Part shown: in pieces, positions 50,140 through 60,415 of the stretch
How positions within the stretch are numbered: position 1 is the first letter of the stretch
How the letters are laid out: each line of letters opens with the position of its first letter
Assembly: GCA_012103255.1 (NCBI GenBank)
Contig: WLXD01000004.1
Location: 398,460 to 462,459 of the forward strand
Direction: 5' to 3'
DNA: 64,000 bases
DNA from: Acidobacteriota bacterium
Lineage (GTDB): Bacteria > Acidobacteriota > UBA890 > WLXD01
Position numbers and translations under genes: made by a program
Notes under the pieces: generated by a model
Databases searched by the model: none
Seen by the model: only the letters and a program-made list of their open reading frames with translations
What the model was told of the DNA's origin: nothing

Positions 50140-52509
50140 ATGCGGATTCATTGCCTCGGGGGCGGACCGGCCGGCCTGTACTTCGCCATTCTGATGAAGC
50201 GCAGGCGGCCGGAATGCGAGGTCGTGGTCTGGGAGCAGAACAGGGTCGAGGACACGTTCGGCTTCGGCGTCGTGTTCTCGGACGCGACCATGGACAACCT
50301 CGAGGCTGCCGACCCGGAGTCATGGCGGCGCGTGCGCGAGGCGTTCTATCGCTGGGACGATATCCACATCCACTATCGCGGCGACCTGCTCGAGTCCACC
50401 GGACACGGGTTCGCCGGCATGTCGCGGATGCGGCTTCTCGAGATCCTCTCTGCGCGCGCCCAGGAACTGGGCGCCGAGATCCGTTTCGGCACCACCGTAA
50501 ATGATCCTCGCGACCTGGCGGATGCCGACCTGGTGGTAGCCGGCGACGGCCTGCACAGCCCCACTCGGGAACAGTTCGCGGAGCATTTCAAACCGACCGT
50601 CGACATGCGGCCGAATCGCTTCGTCTGGCTGGGCACCACGTGCCCGTTCCCGGCGTTCACGTTCGACTTCGTGGAGAACGACCACGGCCTCTGGCGGCTC
50701 CACGCCTACCAGTACGAGCCCCGGCACGCCGACCCGGATGACCCGGAGCCGATCTCGACGTTCATCGTTGAGGCCACCGACGAGACGTTCGCTCGCGCCG
50801 GCCTCGAGATCAATGACGAGAACGCGACGATCGCATACTGCCAGGAACTATTCGCCGAGCGATTGGGCACGCACCGACTCATCGCCAACAAATCGATCTG
50901 GCGTCAGTTCCCCACCGTCCGCAACGAACGCTGGTCCCACGACAATTTCGTACTCGTCGGCGATGCCGTGCACACCGCGCACTTCTCAATCGGGTCCGGC
51001 ACGAAGCTCGCCATGGAAGACAGCATCGCGCTCGTCGATCACATCGACGCCGCCTGGCCGGCGGGCGGGCCGATACCGGCGCCTGAACGCGTCACGCAGG
51101 CACTGGAGGGCTATCAGGCGGACCGACGCCCTGACACCGACAGTCTGCAACGTGCTGCCCAGGTAAGCCTTCAGTGGTTCGAGGACACAGAGCGCTACTG
51201 GAACGCCGAATCGATCGAGTTCGGATTCAGTCTCTTGACGAGGAGCCTGCGGATCACCCACGCGGATCTGGCTGAACGCGATCCCCTCTATGTCGACCGC
51301 ATCGATCACTGGTTCGCCGACCAGGCCGCCGCCCAGTCCGGCGTTGCCGTTGAAGCGATGTCCGCGCTTCCGGAGAAGCTAGCTCCCGACGTCCATAGCC
51401 CGGCTCGGGAGTATGTCCGGCGCCCCGTTCCTCCCCCGATGTTCACGCCCTTCAAGCTGCGCGAGATGACGGTCGCAAACCGCGTCGTCGTCTCGCCCAT
51501 GTGCCAGTACAGCGCAACCGACGGCCTCCCGGACGAGTGGCACTTCGTGCACCTCGGCTCCCGTGCCCTGGGCGGAGCCGGCCTGATCGTCACCGAGATG
51601 ACCGACATCTCGCCGGACGCTCGCATCACGCCTGGGTGCACGGGGCTCTACAACGACGAGCAGGTCGATGCCTGGCGTCGTGTTCTCGATTTCGTGCACG
51701 CCAACAGCTATTCGAAAGTCGCCGTGCAGCTCGCCCATGCAGGCCGCAAGGGCTCTACGAAGCTGGCCTGGGAGGGGAACGACGCGCCGCTCGAGGACGG
51801 CTGGCCGCTGCTGGCGCCATCACCTATTCCATGGCACGCCGACAGTCCGGTACCGCACGAGATGACGCGCGCGGATATGGACGAGGTGCGCGATCTGTTC
51901 GTCGCGGCCACCGAGCGTGCCGCAGTGGCCGGGTTCGACATGTGCGAGTTGCACATGGCGCACGGCTACCTGCTCTCGACGTTCATCTCGCCGCTCACCA
52001 ACGAGCGCGATGACGAATTCGGGGGCTCGCTCGAGAATCGCATGCGCTACCCGCTCGAGGTCTTCCGCGCGATGCGCGCAGCCTGGCCGGATGAGCGTCC
52101 GATGTCGGTGAGGATCTCGGCGGTCGATTGGGCGCCCGGCGGCATGGAGCCGGCCGACTCGGTTGAGGTCGCGCGGATGCTCAAGAGCGCCGGATGCGAC
52201 CTCGTGGATGTGTCGGCGGGACAAACCGTCCCGCACGCGCGCCCAGTGTACGGCCGACAGTTCCAGACACCCTTCGCCGAGCGCATCCGCCGCGAGGTGG
52301 GAATTCACACGATGGCGGTGGGCAACATCTCCTCCTACATGGACGTCAACACGATTCTCGCCGCAGGCCGAGCGGACCTATGCGCCCTCGCCCGCGCTCA
52401 TCTGTGGGACCCGTATTGGACCCGCAACGCAGCGCAGAAACAGGGATGGGACCTGCCGTGGCCCGATGCGTACTCGGTGCTCGACCGTTACCGACCACGA
52501 TTCGAATAG
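50140..52509 (+). CDS. abmA: Anthraniloyl-CoA monooxygenase/reductase (bifunctional salicylyl-CoA 5-hydroxylase-type)
   Basis: [39 protein letters not shown] flavin monooxygenase domain, followed by an OYE domain ([24 protein letters not shown]). Confidence 0.92.
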   Translation: MRIHCLGGGPAGLYFAILMKRRRPECEVVVWEQNRVEDTFGFGVVFSDATMDNLEAADPESWRRVREAFYRWDDIHIHYRGDLLESTGHGFAGMSRMRLLEILSARAQELGAEIRFGTTVNDPRDLADADLVVAGDGLHSPTREQFAEHFKPTVDMRPNRFVWLGTTCPFPAFTFDFVENDHGLWRLHAYQYEPRHADPDDPEPISTFIVEATDETFARAGLEINDENATIAYCQELFAERLGTHRLIANKSIWRQFPTVRNERWSHDNFVLVGDAVHTAHFSIGSGTKLAMEDSIALVDHIDAAWPAGGPIPAPERVTQALEGYQADRRPDTDSLQRAAQVSLQWFEDTERYWNAESIEFGFSLLTRSLRITHADLAERDPLYVDRIDHWFADQAAAQSGVAVEAMSALPEKLAPDVHSPAREYVRRPVPPPMFTPFKLREMTVANRVVVSPMCQYSATDGLPDEWHFVHLGSRALGGAGLIVTEMTDISPDARITPGCTGLYNDEQVDAWRRVLDFVHANSYSKVAVQLAHAGRKGSTKLAWEGNDAPLEDGWPLLAPSPIPWHADSPVPHEMTRADMDEVRDLFVAATERAAVAGFDMCELHMAHGYLLSTFISPLTNERDDEFGGSLENRMRYPLEVFRAMRAAWPDERPMSVRISAVDWAPGGMEPADSVEVARMLKSAGCDLVDVSAGQTVPHARPVYGRQFQTPFAERIRREVGIHTMAVGNISSYMDVNTILAAGRADLCALARAHLWDPYWTRNAAQKQGWDLPWPDAYSVLDRYRPRFE

Positions 52510-52518
52510 GATCAGACG

Positions 52519-53304
52519 ATGCGATCCCAGACCTACAGTGAGTACCTCGCGCTCGAAGAGCTTCTTTCTATCCAGCGCGAGAAGTCGGATGGGCCCGAGC
52601 ACGATGAGCTTCTGTTCATCGTCATCCACCAGGTGTACGAACTCTGGTTCAAGCAGGAGCTGCACGAGGTCGACTATCTCTGCGAGCAACTCGACGGCAA
52701 CAACGCCTCGCGGGCACTGAGCACGCTGCGGCGCGTGCTCACGATACTCAAGACTCTGGTCGGCCAGATCGACGTCCTGGAGACGATGACGCCGCTCGAC
52801 TTCCTCAGCTTCAGGAATCGACTTGAGTCGGCGAGCGGTTTCGAGTCGTTCCAGTTTCGCGAGTTCGAGTTCGCGCTCGGCATGAAGAGCCCCGCCGTGC
52901 TCGATCGCTTCGCCGATCACGCGTTTGCGTTCGATCGGCTGCAGACCCGGCTCGAGGCGCCTTCGGTGTGGCAACGCGTGCTGCGCTACCTGGCCGCCCA
53001 GGGCGCAGCGATTCCCACAGCGGCGCTGGAGCGCGACCCCGCACTCCCGACAGAAGCCGACGCCGATGTGCAGAGTGCGCTTGTTGATGTCTACCGCGGC
53101 GATGCCGCGCTGATGCAACTATGCGAACGCCTGATCGATCTCGACGAGGGCGTCCAGGAATGGCGCTACCGGCACGTCAAGATGGTGCAGCGCACGATCG
53201 GAACGAAACGAGGCACCGGCGGCTCGGCCGGAGTCGAGTATCTCCAGAGCACGCTCTTCAAGCCGGTATTCCCCGACCTGTGGGCAATCCGGGCCGATCT
53301 ATGA
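52519..53304 (+). CDS. kynA: Tryptophan 2,3-dioxygenase
   Basis: TYSEYL, HDELLFIVIHQVYELWFK, ASGFESFQFR, WRYRH, IGTKRGTGGSAG, FPDLW. Confidence 0.96.
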   Translation: MRSQTYSEYLALEELLSIQREKSDGPEHDELLFIVIHQVYELWFKQELHEVDYLCEQLDGNNASRALSTLRRVLTILKTLVGQIDVLETMTPLDFLSFRNRLESASGFESFQFREFEFALGMKSPAVLDRFADHAFAFDRLQTRLEAPSVWQRVLRYLAAQGAAIPTAALERDPALPTEADADVQSALVDVYRGDAALMQLCERLIDLDEGVQEWRYRHVKMVQRTIGTKRGTGGSAGVEYLQSTLFKPVFPDLWAIRADL

Positions 53305-54503
53305 CCCGGGTTCTTCCGGCCTCGCTGTTCGCCAACCCCAACGCCATCGCGGCGGACTACTCGCGATTCGGCGTCGCCGATCGGATGCTGCTGAGCGGGC
53401 ACTCGCATCAGGCGTGGCCCGACTGCGGCTTCGAGGGTCAGCAGAAAGCCTGGCTCGACGCTGCCGAACTGGTCGATCGGAAGTGGGAACGCGCCTTCGC
53501 CAAGGCGGAGCGTGTGCGCGACGGCTGGCGGCGGTTGCTCGACGAACCAGACGCCGAGGTCGCACTCGGAGCCAACACCCACGAACTCGTCATCCGCCTG
53601 CTCTCCGCGTTGCCGCTCGATCAACGCCCCCGGATCGTCACGACAGACGGGGAATTCCACACGCTCCGTCGCCAATTCGACCGCCTGGAAGAAGCGGGCA
53701 TCGAAATACACCGAGTCGCTGCTGAACCAGTCGACACACTGGCAGCGCGTCTCGCGCAGGAGGTGGATGCGCGCACCGCGCTGGTCGGCGTTTCATGTGT
53801 GATGTTCCGGTCCGCCCATATTGTCCCCAATCTCGGCGAGCTAGCGACGGCGTGCGCACGCCAGGGCTCGGCGCTGCTTGTCGACTCGTACCATGCGCTC
53901 AACGTGGTGCCCTTCTCAGTGCCAAGGCAGGGTCTAGAGTCCGCGTTCGTGGTAGGCGGCGGCTACAAGTATTGCCAGTTCGGAGAAGGCAACTGCTTCC
54001 TCCGTGTCCCGCGAGACTGCGATCTACGCCCGGTCATTACCGGCTGGTACGCCGAGTTCGAGGCGCTGGAGGAAAAGGCCGACGGCACAGTGAAGTACGG
54101 CCGCGGCGCCGGGCGCTTCGCGGGCGCGACCTACGACCCGACGGCGCACTATCGCGCGGCCAGCGTTCTCGATTATTTCGAAGAGCGCGGTCTTACCGCC
54201 GAAGTTCTCCGCGAAGTCAGTCAGCACCAGGTCGGAGTCCTGGCGGACGGCTTCGACGCCCTGGATATGGACCCTCGGGTGATCGCGCGCGATCGCTCAG
54301 CTCCCCTGGCAAACACCGCTGGTTTCCTGGCCCTGCGGGCAGAGCAGGCCGGCGTCGTGAGCGAGGCACTGTTCGAGCGTGGCGTCGCCAATGACTATCG
54401 TGACGACGTGCTACGACTGGGTCCGGCACCCTATCTGAGCGACTCGCAGCTTCGCGCCGCCATCGAGATTCTCGGCGAGATCATCAAGGACGTGAATTCA
54501 TGA
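53301..54503 (+). CDS. kynU: Kynureninase (aminotransferase class V fold)
   Basis: LSGHSHQAW, DGEFH, DSYH, GGGYKYCQFGEG, TGWYAEF, LRLGPAPY. ATGA-coupled to kynA. Confidence 0.85.
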   Translation: MTRVLPASLFANPNAIAADYSRFGVADRMLLSGHSHQAWPDCGFEGQQKAWLDAAELVDRKWERAFAKAERVRDGWRRLLDEPDAEVALGANTHELVIRLLSALPLDQRPRIVTTDGEFHTLRRQFDRLEEAGIEIHRVAAEPVDTLAARLAQEVDARTALVGVSCVMFRSAHIVPNLGELATACARQGSALLVDSYHALNVVPFSVPRQGLESAFVVGGGYKYCQFGEGNCFLRVPRDCDLRPVITGWYAEFEALEEKADGTVKYGRGAGRFAGATYDPTAHYRAASVLDYFEERGLTAEVLREVSQHQVGVLADGFDALDMDPRVIARDRSAPLANTAGFLALRAEQAGVVSEALFERGVANDYRDDVLRLGPAPYLSDSQLRAAIEILGEIIKDVNS

Positions 54504-56110
54504 AGTTGACCGTGGCTCGAACCGCGACCGTTCTCGCGCTCCTGACACTCGCCGTTGCCGCGCCAGAGGCCCAAGGACAGGAGATCGAATGGGGCGTCTG
54601 CGCCGAAGCGCCGCATGACGACGCGCAGTGCGGGCACCTGACGCTGCCGCTGGACCCGACCGGAGGCGACGCAGGCACCATCGATATCCAGCTCGGCCGA
54701 ATCCTCGCGCCGGCTGACAGCGAGCCCCGGACGTTGCTCTGGTATCTCCCGGGAGGGCCCGGCGATGCCGGCGTCGAGACACTGGGTCGGCTCCACGCGA
54801 TCTTCGGGGAAATCGGCGTCGACATCTACTCCATCGACCATCGCGGGGTGGGTGGCTCGGAATTGCTGCGTTGTCCGGATCAGGAAGCGGAAGATAGTCC
54901 CGAAGGCCGGGAACTCTCGGAGGAAGAGTGGCCGGAGTGCGTGACCTGGATTCAGACGAATCGCACGGACCTGCCCTACCTGACGACAGACGCCGCCGCG
55001 CATGACGTGGCCGCGGCGATCAATACCGTCACGGGGCCCGACGATCGCGTGATTCTCTTCGGGGCCTCCTACGGCACCTATTGGGCCAATCGATACCTGA
55101 CTCACTACCCAGATCAGGTAGACGGCGTGGTATTGGATGGAATCGTTCCGGCCGACTGGACGTTCGCCGAGTTCGACGCCTCGCTCGATGCCACGGGGCG
55201 CGCCCTGCTCGACCGCTGCGCCCGCGACGAAGAGTGTGGCTCGTACCTCGGCCCGGATCCGGCTGCGAAGGCCGAGGAACTCCCCGACCGATTTGCCGAG
55301 GGGCATTGCCCCGACCTGAGCAGTGAAATCGACGGCCGCACACTGCGGCTCGTTTTCGGCAATATGTTGATGTCGGGCCCCGATGTCTGGCCGTACCTGC
55401 CAGCGCTGATCTATCGCATCGACAAGTGCCGAGTTCGCGACCTGGAGGCGACGGGCGCGCTCTTCGAAAACCTCTTCGAGTCGGGCGAGGTTGGCGAGCC
55501 CGAATCACATTCGCCCGTCCTGCAGCGACACGTCTCCATGTCGGAACTATGGCCGGAGGATGGCCCCACAGTGGAGAGTCTCGAGGCCGCGATCGGCCGC
55601 TCCACGATGACCACTGCTGTGAGCTCGTCGTTCGCATCGACGTACCCGGGCTGGCCGCGCTACGCGCGTCCCGCCGATTGGGGCCAACTGGCCAACTACA
55701 CCGGCCCGCTCCTGCTGTTACACGGCGGCCTTGACCCCACAATGCCGGTCGATCGTCTCGCGGATCTGCGCGATCACTTTTCCGCGGCCGGCCAGGAGTT
55801 CGTGCTCTTTCCCGACGCGGGCCACGTGACGCTCAATGGCAACCCTTGCGCCCGCGCGATGTATTTCGCCTTCATTGCAGCGCCGGGTACGCCCGTGGAC
55901 CGAACCTGTGTGACCGACGTTGCGGGACTGAGCCTTACCGCCCCCGAAACCGACACCCCGCTGTTCGGCACGGACGACTTCTGGGGCGAAAGCACCACCA
56001 CGATGGAAGTCACCGTGCTCGCGATCAACATCCTCATCGCCGCAGCAGTGGCAGGCATGGTCGTATGGGTCTCGCGGTGGCTCCGCCGTCGACGGGCTCG
56101 TAACGCCTAG
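54500..56110 (+). CDS. Secreted, C-terminally anchored alpha/beta hydrolase (TAP-like/S33)
   Basis: Signal peptide, PGGPG, DHRGVG, GASYG, LDG, HGGLDP, AGH. C-terminal TM followed by RRRRAR. Confidence 0.88.
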   Translation: MKLTVARTATVLALLTLAVAAPEAQGQEIEWGVCAEAPHDDAQCGHLTLPLDPTGGDAGTIDIQLGRILAPADSEPRTLLWYLPGGPGDAGVETLGRLHAIFGEIGVDIYSIDHRGVGGSELLRCPDQEAEDSPEGRELSEEEWPECVTWIQTNRTDLPYLTTDAAAHDVAAAINTVTGPDDRVILFGASYGTYWANRYLTHYPDQVDGVVLDGIVPADWTFAEFDASLDATGRALLDRCARDEECGSYLGPDPAAKAEELPDRFAEGHCPDLSSEIDGRTLRLVFGNMLMSGPDVWPYLPALIYRIDKCRVRDLEATGALFENLFESGEVGEPESHSPVLQRHVSMSELWPEDGPTVESLEAAIGRSTMTTAVSSSFASTYPGWPRYARPADWGQLANYTGPLLLLHGGLDPTMPVDRLADLRDHFSAAGQEFVLFPDAGHVTLNGNPCARAMYFAFIAAPGTPVDRTCVTDVAGLSLTAPETDTPLFGTDDFWGESTTTMEVTVLAINILIAAAVAGMVVWVSRWLRRRRARNA

Positions 56111-56260
56111 CCGCAATCGCGACCCGCTGACTCCAGACAGACGAACGCCGCGAACCGGCGAACAGGACCGGTCCACGGCGTGAGTTGAGGGAATCGATCG
56201 AGCGATCGGTGGGTCTCCCCTTCAGGCGGTTGTTGGATCTCCCGCTTGCAAAGTCGTTGG

Positions 56261-57082
56261 TCAGCGTCCGGAGCTGGCGGAGGCGAGAGCGACGAAGTCA
56301 TCATCGCCAGTGAACCAGCCGCCGGGCTGATTGAAGTCGGTGTCGATTGCCTCGTCCGGTCCCGCCGACATGCACACCACTGCCGAGCTGAATCCGTCGG
56401 ACGCCGAATCGGCAGGCACGTGCATCGCAAAGACGTTCGCCATGTAGCGATTGCCCCACGGATCGGGGTCGACGGCGTCGGAGATGTACGGCCCGCGCCA
56501 GGCGAACAGCGAGTTGAAACCCTGGCCGGAACTCGGGTCGAACAGCAGACCGCCAGGGATTCCGGCGCTCGTGCCACCGTTCACCATGTCCGCCGGCGTG
56601 CGGTGAGCGGCCGTTCCGTTCCCCAAAGGCGTGTTGTGGATCAGGTGGTTGCCAAAAGTATCGACGCGGAACTGCACCGACAGTCCTGCGAAATCGGTCG
56701 ACTCGGCAAACGCTTCGATCGTCGGCAATTGCCAGTTCTCGCCTTCAACGGAACCGCCGAGCTCAGGTGTGTCGCCATCGCCGATGAGCAGGCCCACCGG
56801 CGAGGTTCGGTCGGGCGTATCAGCATTGGAACCGCCGCCATCACGACCGCCCCACTGCCAGAACGCAAGTTCGCCGGTGTCGACGACGTACCTCGAAATG
56901 GCCGAACACAGCGCGCCCAGGTCTTCCTTGACGCGAGCGTAGCGGGCGAGCCGATTGAATCCGCCGAGGTTCGGCAAGAGGATCGTCGAGAGAATCACCA
57001 GCACAAGCAGGATGATTGTGACCTCGACAAGCGTGAAGCCTTCCTGCCCTGGGCGCTGCCTGGGGGTCGGTCGCTGTGTCAT
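56261..57082 (-). CDS. Type IV pilin/GspG-like pseudopilin with class III signal
   Basis: G|FTLVEVTIILLVLVILSTILLP prepilin motif with E5; WRGPY and DPWGNRY, SAGPD. Confidence 0.88.
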   Translation of the reverse strand: MTQRPTPRQRPGQEGFTLVEVTIILLVLVILSTILLPNLGGFNRLARYARVKEDLGALCSAISRYVVDTGELAFWQWGGRDGGGSNADTPDRTSPVGLLIGDGDTPELGGSVEGENWQLPTIEAFAESTDFAGLSVQFRVDTFGNHLIHNTPLGNGTAAHRTPADMVNGGTSAGIPGGLLFDPSSGQGFNSLFAWRGPYISDAVDPDPWGNRYMANVFAMHVPADSASDGFSSAVVCMSAGPDEAIDTDFNQPGGWFTGDDDFVALASASSGR

Positions 57083-57533
57083 TCCCTACGCTCCAACGAA
57101 ACTGGGGTTTGGGTCTCCCGTTTGCGTCGTGCAAGGAAGGTAGCCTCGAATGTCGCTCGACCGAAGTCGGCTGGGCCTAGCCTGGACGCATCTGACCAGA
57201 TGGTCACTCGTGCCCACTCGCGGCCAATGTCGACCCGGTCCGAATCGGGCCCGTACACGGCCCAGGTGGGCAAGGCCCGCCAGCGGCGGCGCGTGGATGC
57301 GCAATCCGGCCCGGATACGACAAGAGCGGACATGACGGGCTGACAACAGGACGCGATGGGTCGACGACGGACGGCCATGCGCGGCCACTCCTTGCGACCT
57401 CTCCGCCGGGTGGGACCGCGGCTCCGCGCAAGGAGGCCAGGCGCACCTCGTGGATCATTTGGTAACGTATAAAGACTATAAGTGACTTTTAACGATCAGA
57501 ACTTTCTTCACCACAGAGACGCCACGAGGGCAA

Positions 57534-58448
57534 TCAGAGCGCCGGAATCGTAACGGTCCCCTCGCTGATCGGCACCGACGCTCCGCCCACTCGCACTCGA
57601 ACAACCCGACCATCGACCTTGTCGGCTTCGATGTTCATGCGGCTGGGGCGCCCCATCTCGACGCCCTGCGCAACGCTCCACTCCAGGGTCCCATCCACGC
57701 GAGGATCGGCCGCGCCAAGAACGCCGGCCAGGCCCGTCGCCGCTGCTCCGGTAGCGGGATCTTCCGGCACCCCCACGGAAGGACCAAACATCCGCGCGTG
57801 AACGTCGGTATCCGCGCCGTCCATCGCAAAGAGGAAAACGTTGTCGGCCCACGAACCCCGCAAGTGCGTTTCCCACGCCTGCCAGTCGAGGGACGCGCGC
57901 GCCACCTCGGCTCGATCCACCAGCGGCACGTACAGGAATGGAAAGCCGGCAGACGTGGCTACTGGAGCCAGATCATCGGTCCGTACCGCATCGCCCTCCA
58001 GACTCAGTACCTCTGCGATCGTCTCTGGCCCGAGTTCGACCTGTCGTGCCTCGGGCGCCTGCGCGGCCGTCAACTGGCAGGCAATCACAGCGCCGTCCTG
58101 ACACGAGACCCGCACTTCGATGTCGCCAATGTTCTCCTCGAGCGTCAACGTGGACGTCGAAGCGTCGTGATCCACAGCGCCACGAGCTGCGAGCACGTAG
58201 GCCGTCCCGACGGTGGGGTGTCCGGCAAACGGCAACTCCACGGCCGGCGTGAATATCCGCAGCCGAGCAGCTCCGCCGGGCTTCTCCGCTGGCAGAACGA
58301 AGACGGTCTCGGACAGGTTGAACTCGCGAGCGAGCGTCTGCATCTGGCTGCCGCTGAGCGTCTCGCCGCCGAACACCACAGCGAGAGGGTTTCCCCCGAA
58401 CGGACTGTCGGTGAACACATCCACGGTGACGTAGGACAGGCGACTCAT
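57534..58448 (-). CDS. PhzF family isomerase/epimerase
   Basis: VDVFT..FGGNPL, NLSETVF, ELPFAGHPT, EDPATG, QGVEMGRPS. Confidence 0.93.
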   Translation of the reverse strand: MSRLSYVTVDVFTDSPFGGNPLAVVFGGETLSGSQMQTLAREFNLSETVFVLPAEKPGGAARLRIFTPAVELPFAGHPTVGTAYVLAARGAVDHDASTSTLTLEENIGDIEVRVSCQDGAVIACQLTAAQAPEARQVELGPETIAEVLSLEGDAVRTDDLAPVATSAGFPFLYVPLVDRAEVARASLDWQAWETHLRGSWADNVFLFAMDGADTDVHARMFGPSVGVPEDPATGAAATGLAGVLGAADPRVDGTLEWSVAQGVEMGRPSRMNIEADKVDGRVVRVRVGGASVPISEGTVTIPAL

Positions 58449-58885
58449 TGTTGGTCCTCCAAGCGGAGCGCCATCGCGATGGCATGAGAGCCGCACACGT
58501 GGCAGTACTCCACCGACTCCTGAATCTCGGCGGGAGCGGCGTCGCGTGGTTCCTCGACGAAGCCGAACCGCGGGAAGAACCCCTCAGCGGTTTCGGTCAA
58601 CAGATAGAGGCCGTGCAGATGAAGTCGCTTCGCTTCCTGCACGGCATACGTAACGATTTGATCGCCCAGATGCTCGCCGCGCCGATCCTTCGCGACCGCC
58701 ACGGACCGGAGAACCGCATCATCTCCGCGGATCTCGAGAGCGGCTGTGGCGACGATCTTGCCGTCGCTGCGCGCAACAAACTGCGTCCCGCGACAATGAT
58801 CGATGTCGTCCAAAGGCAGGCCGGAATCCTGCACGAGGGCGTCGACCTCGGCATGCTCTGAGTCACGCACCAGTCCCAATTCCAT
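58445..58885 (-). CDS. GNAT N-acetyltransferase, ArsN2-like
   Basis: GLP.DDI, LRSVAV..RG..LG, YLLTETAEGFFPRFGF, EYCHVCGSHAIAM. Confidence 0.85.
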   Translation of the reverse strand: MELGLVRDSEHAEVDALVQDSGLPLDDIDHCRGTQFVARSDGKIVATAALEIRGDDAVLRSVAVAKDRRGEHLGDQIVTYAVQEAKRLHLHGLYLLTETAEGFFPRFGFVEEPRDAAPAEIQESVEYCHVCGSHAIAMALRLEDQQ

Positions 58886-58973
58886 TCCCGCCTCCTGCGA
58901 TGTTCGGCTACGCTGGCATCGAGACTAGCGCCGGGGCTGATGCCCCGCTAGCGCCTCCCACGAGGATCCCACG

Positions 58974-59228
58974 ATGACCGACTGGCTCGCGATTGCCCGT
59001 GAACGTCGAACCGTGCTCCGAGGCCTGAAATTTGCGCTCGTCGTGGGCACGATTCTGATCACCATCAATCATGGCGATGCGATCTTGGCCGGCGACGTCG
59101 ACGCCACGCGGGCCATGAAGATGGCGCTGACGGCCCTGGTGCCCTACCTCGTTTCGACATTTTCGACCTGTGGCGCGCGCCTCGAGATGCAACGTCATAT
59201 TCGCAAGGACGCGGGCCACGTAGAATAG
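58974..59228 (+). CDS. NrtS-family small membrane protein
   Basis: ALVVGTILITINHGDAI...LTALVPYLVST resembles the NrtS signature. Confidence 0.75.
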   Translation: MTDWLAIARERRTVLRGLKFALVVGTILITINHGDAILAGDVDATRAMKMALTALVPYLVSTFSTCGARLEMQRHIRKDAGHVE

Positions 59229-59269
59229 AAGGCCTATCCGCGCCACCAGCCACCGTAGCCCCTGACCTG

Positions 59270-60415
59270 ATGCAGCTACCTGAACTCGACCTACGCCAAT
59301 CCGTCACCGAGCGCTGGAACGCGACCATCGGAGCGATCGATATCGTCTTCGGTCCGGGGGCGCGCCATGAGTTGCCACAACTCACAGCGTCGGCGGGATA
59401 CAAGCGCGCACTCGTTGTCACCGATCCCGGCGTTCGCGGAACTGGCTACATGGATGAAGTCGGCAACGCCATGCGCGGTGCCGGAACGGAGATTTCGATC
59501 TTCGACGATGTGATTCAGAACCCGACCACGGCAACCGTTGCGCGTGGCGTGGACTTCGCGCGGGATTTCACGCCGGATCTGATCGTGGGTTTCGGCGGCG
59601 GTAGCGCGATGGACGCTGCCAAGGGCGTCAATTTCGTGCTCACCAACGGTGGCGCGATGGAGGATTACGAGGGCACGGGCAAGGCCCGGCAACCGCTACT
59701 GCCTTCGTTCGGCGTGCCGACCACGGCGGGGACCGGCAGCGAAGGGCAGTCCTACGCTCTCATCTCGCGTGACGACGATCACCGCAAGATGGCGTGCGGC
59801 GATCCGGGAGCGCGCTTTCGAGTCGCGGTGCTGGACCCAGAACTTCTATCAACCACGCCTCGCGCAGTGCGGTTTGTAACGGGGATCGACGCCATCGCAC
59901 ATGCGGTGGAGAGCCATGTTTGCCAGCGAGCCAACCCGGTGTCGCGTCTGTTCAGCGGGCAGGCCTGGAAGCGACTCAGTCGCAGCTTTGCATCGTCGCT
60001 CGACGCGGATGCCGAGCTCGCCGTCCGCGGAGACATGCTTCTCGGCGCCCATCTCGCCGGTGCGGCGATCGAAGCATCGATGCTGGGCGCGGCACATGCC
60101 TGTGCGAATCCGCTCACGGCGCGCTACGGCACCGTCCACGGATTGGCGGTAGGCCTCTTGCTACCTCACGTCGTTCGTCACAATTGGCCGGCAGCGGGCG
60201 ACGCCTATCAAGAGCTAGCGGGCGCCGACCTGCCGCAACAGCTCAACGAACTCCTCGCGGCCGGCGGCATGCCGATGACTCTCCGCGAACATGGCATCGA
60301 ACATTCCGAGCTCCCCACGCTTGCGGCCGAGGCCGCCACGCAATGGACCGCCCAGTTCAACCCGGGGCCGGCTCAGGAGGCTGATCTTCATGCGATCTAC
60401 GAAGCTGCTTACTAG
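59270..60415 (+). CDS. Iron-containing alcohol dehydrogenase
   Basis: VVTDPG, NPT, GGGSAMD, PTTAGTGSE, DAIAHAVE, HACA, HG metal ligands. Confidence 0.93.
   Translation: MQLPELDLRQSVTERWNATIGAIDIVFGPGARHELPQLTASAGYKRALVVTDPGVRGTGYMDEVGNAMRGAGTEISIFDDVIQNPTTATVARGVDFARDFTPDLIVGFGGGSAMDAAKGVNFVLTNGGAMEDYEGTGKARQPLLPSFGVPTTAGTGSEGQSYALISRDDDHRKMACGDPGARFRVAVLDPELLSTTPRAVRFVTGIDAIAHAVESHVCQRANPVSRLFSGQAWKRLSRSFASSLDADAELAVRGDMLLGAHLAGAAIEASMLGAAHACANPLTARYGTVHGLAVGLLLPHVVRHNWPAAGDAYQELAGADLPQQLNELLAAGGMPMTLREHGIEHSELPTLAAEAATQWTAQFNPGPAQEADLHAIYEAAY

Noticed and set aside
57083..57260. c-di-GMP riboswitch or sigma54 promoter upstream of the pilin
   Set aside because: Only fragments match (GCAAAC; GG-N10-GC with GGGC instead of TTGC), which is expected by chance at this GC content.
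57534..58448. Phenazine biosynthesis (PhzF plus EhpF-like gene)
   Set aside because: No phzA/B, D, E or G in the window; stand-alone PhzF-family proteins are widespread.
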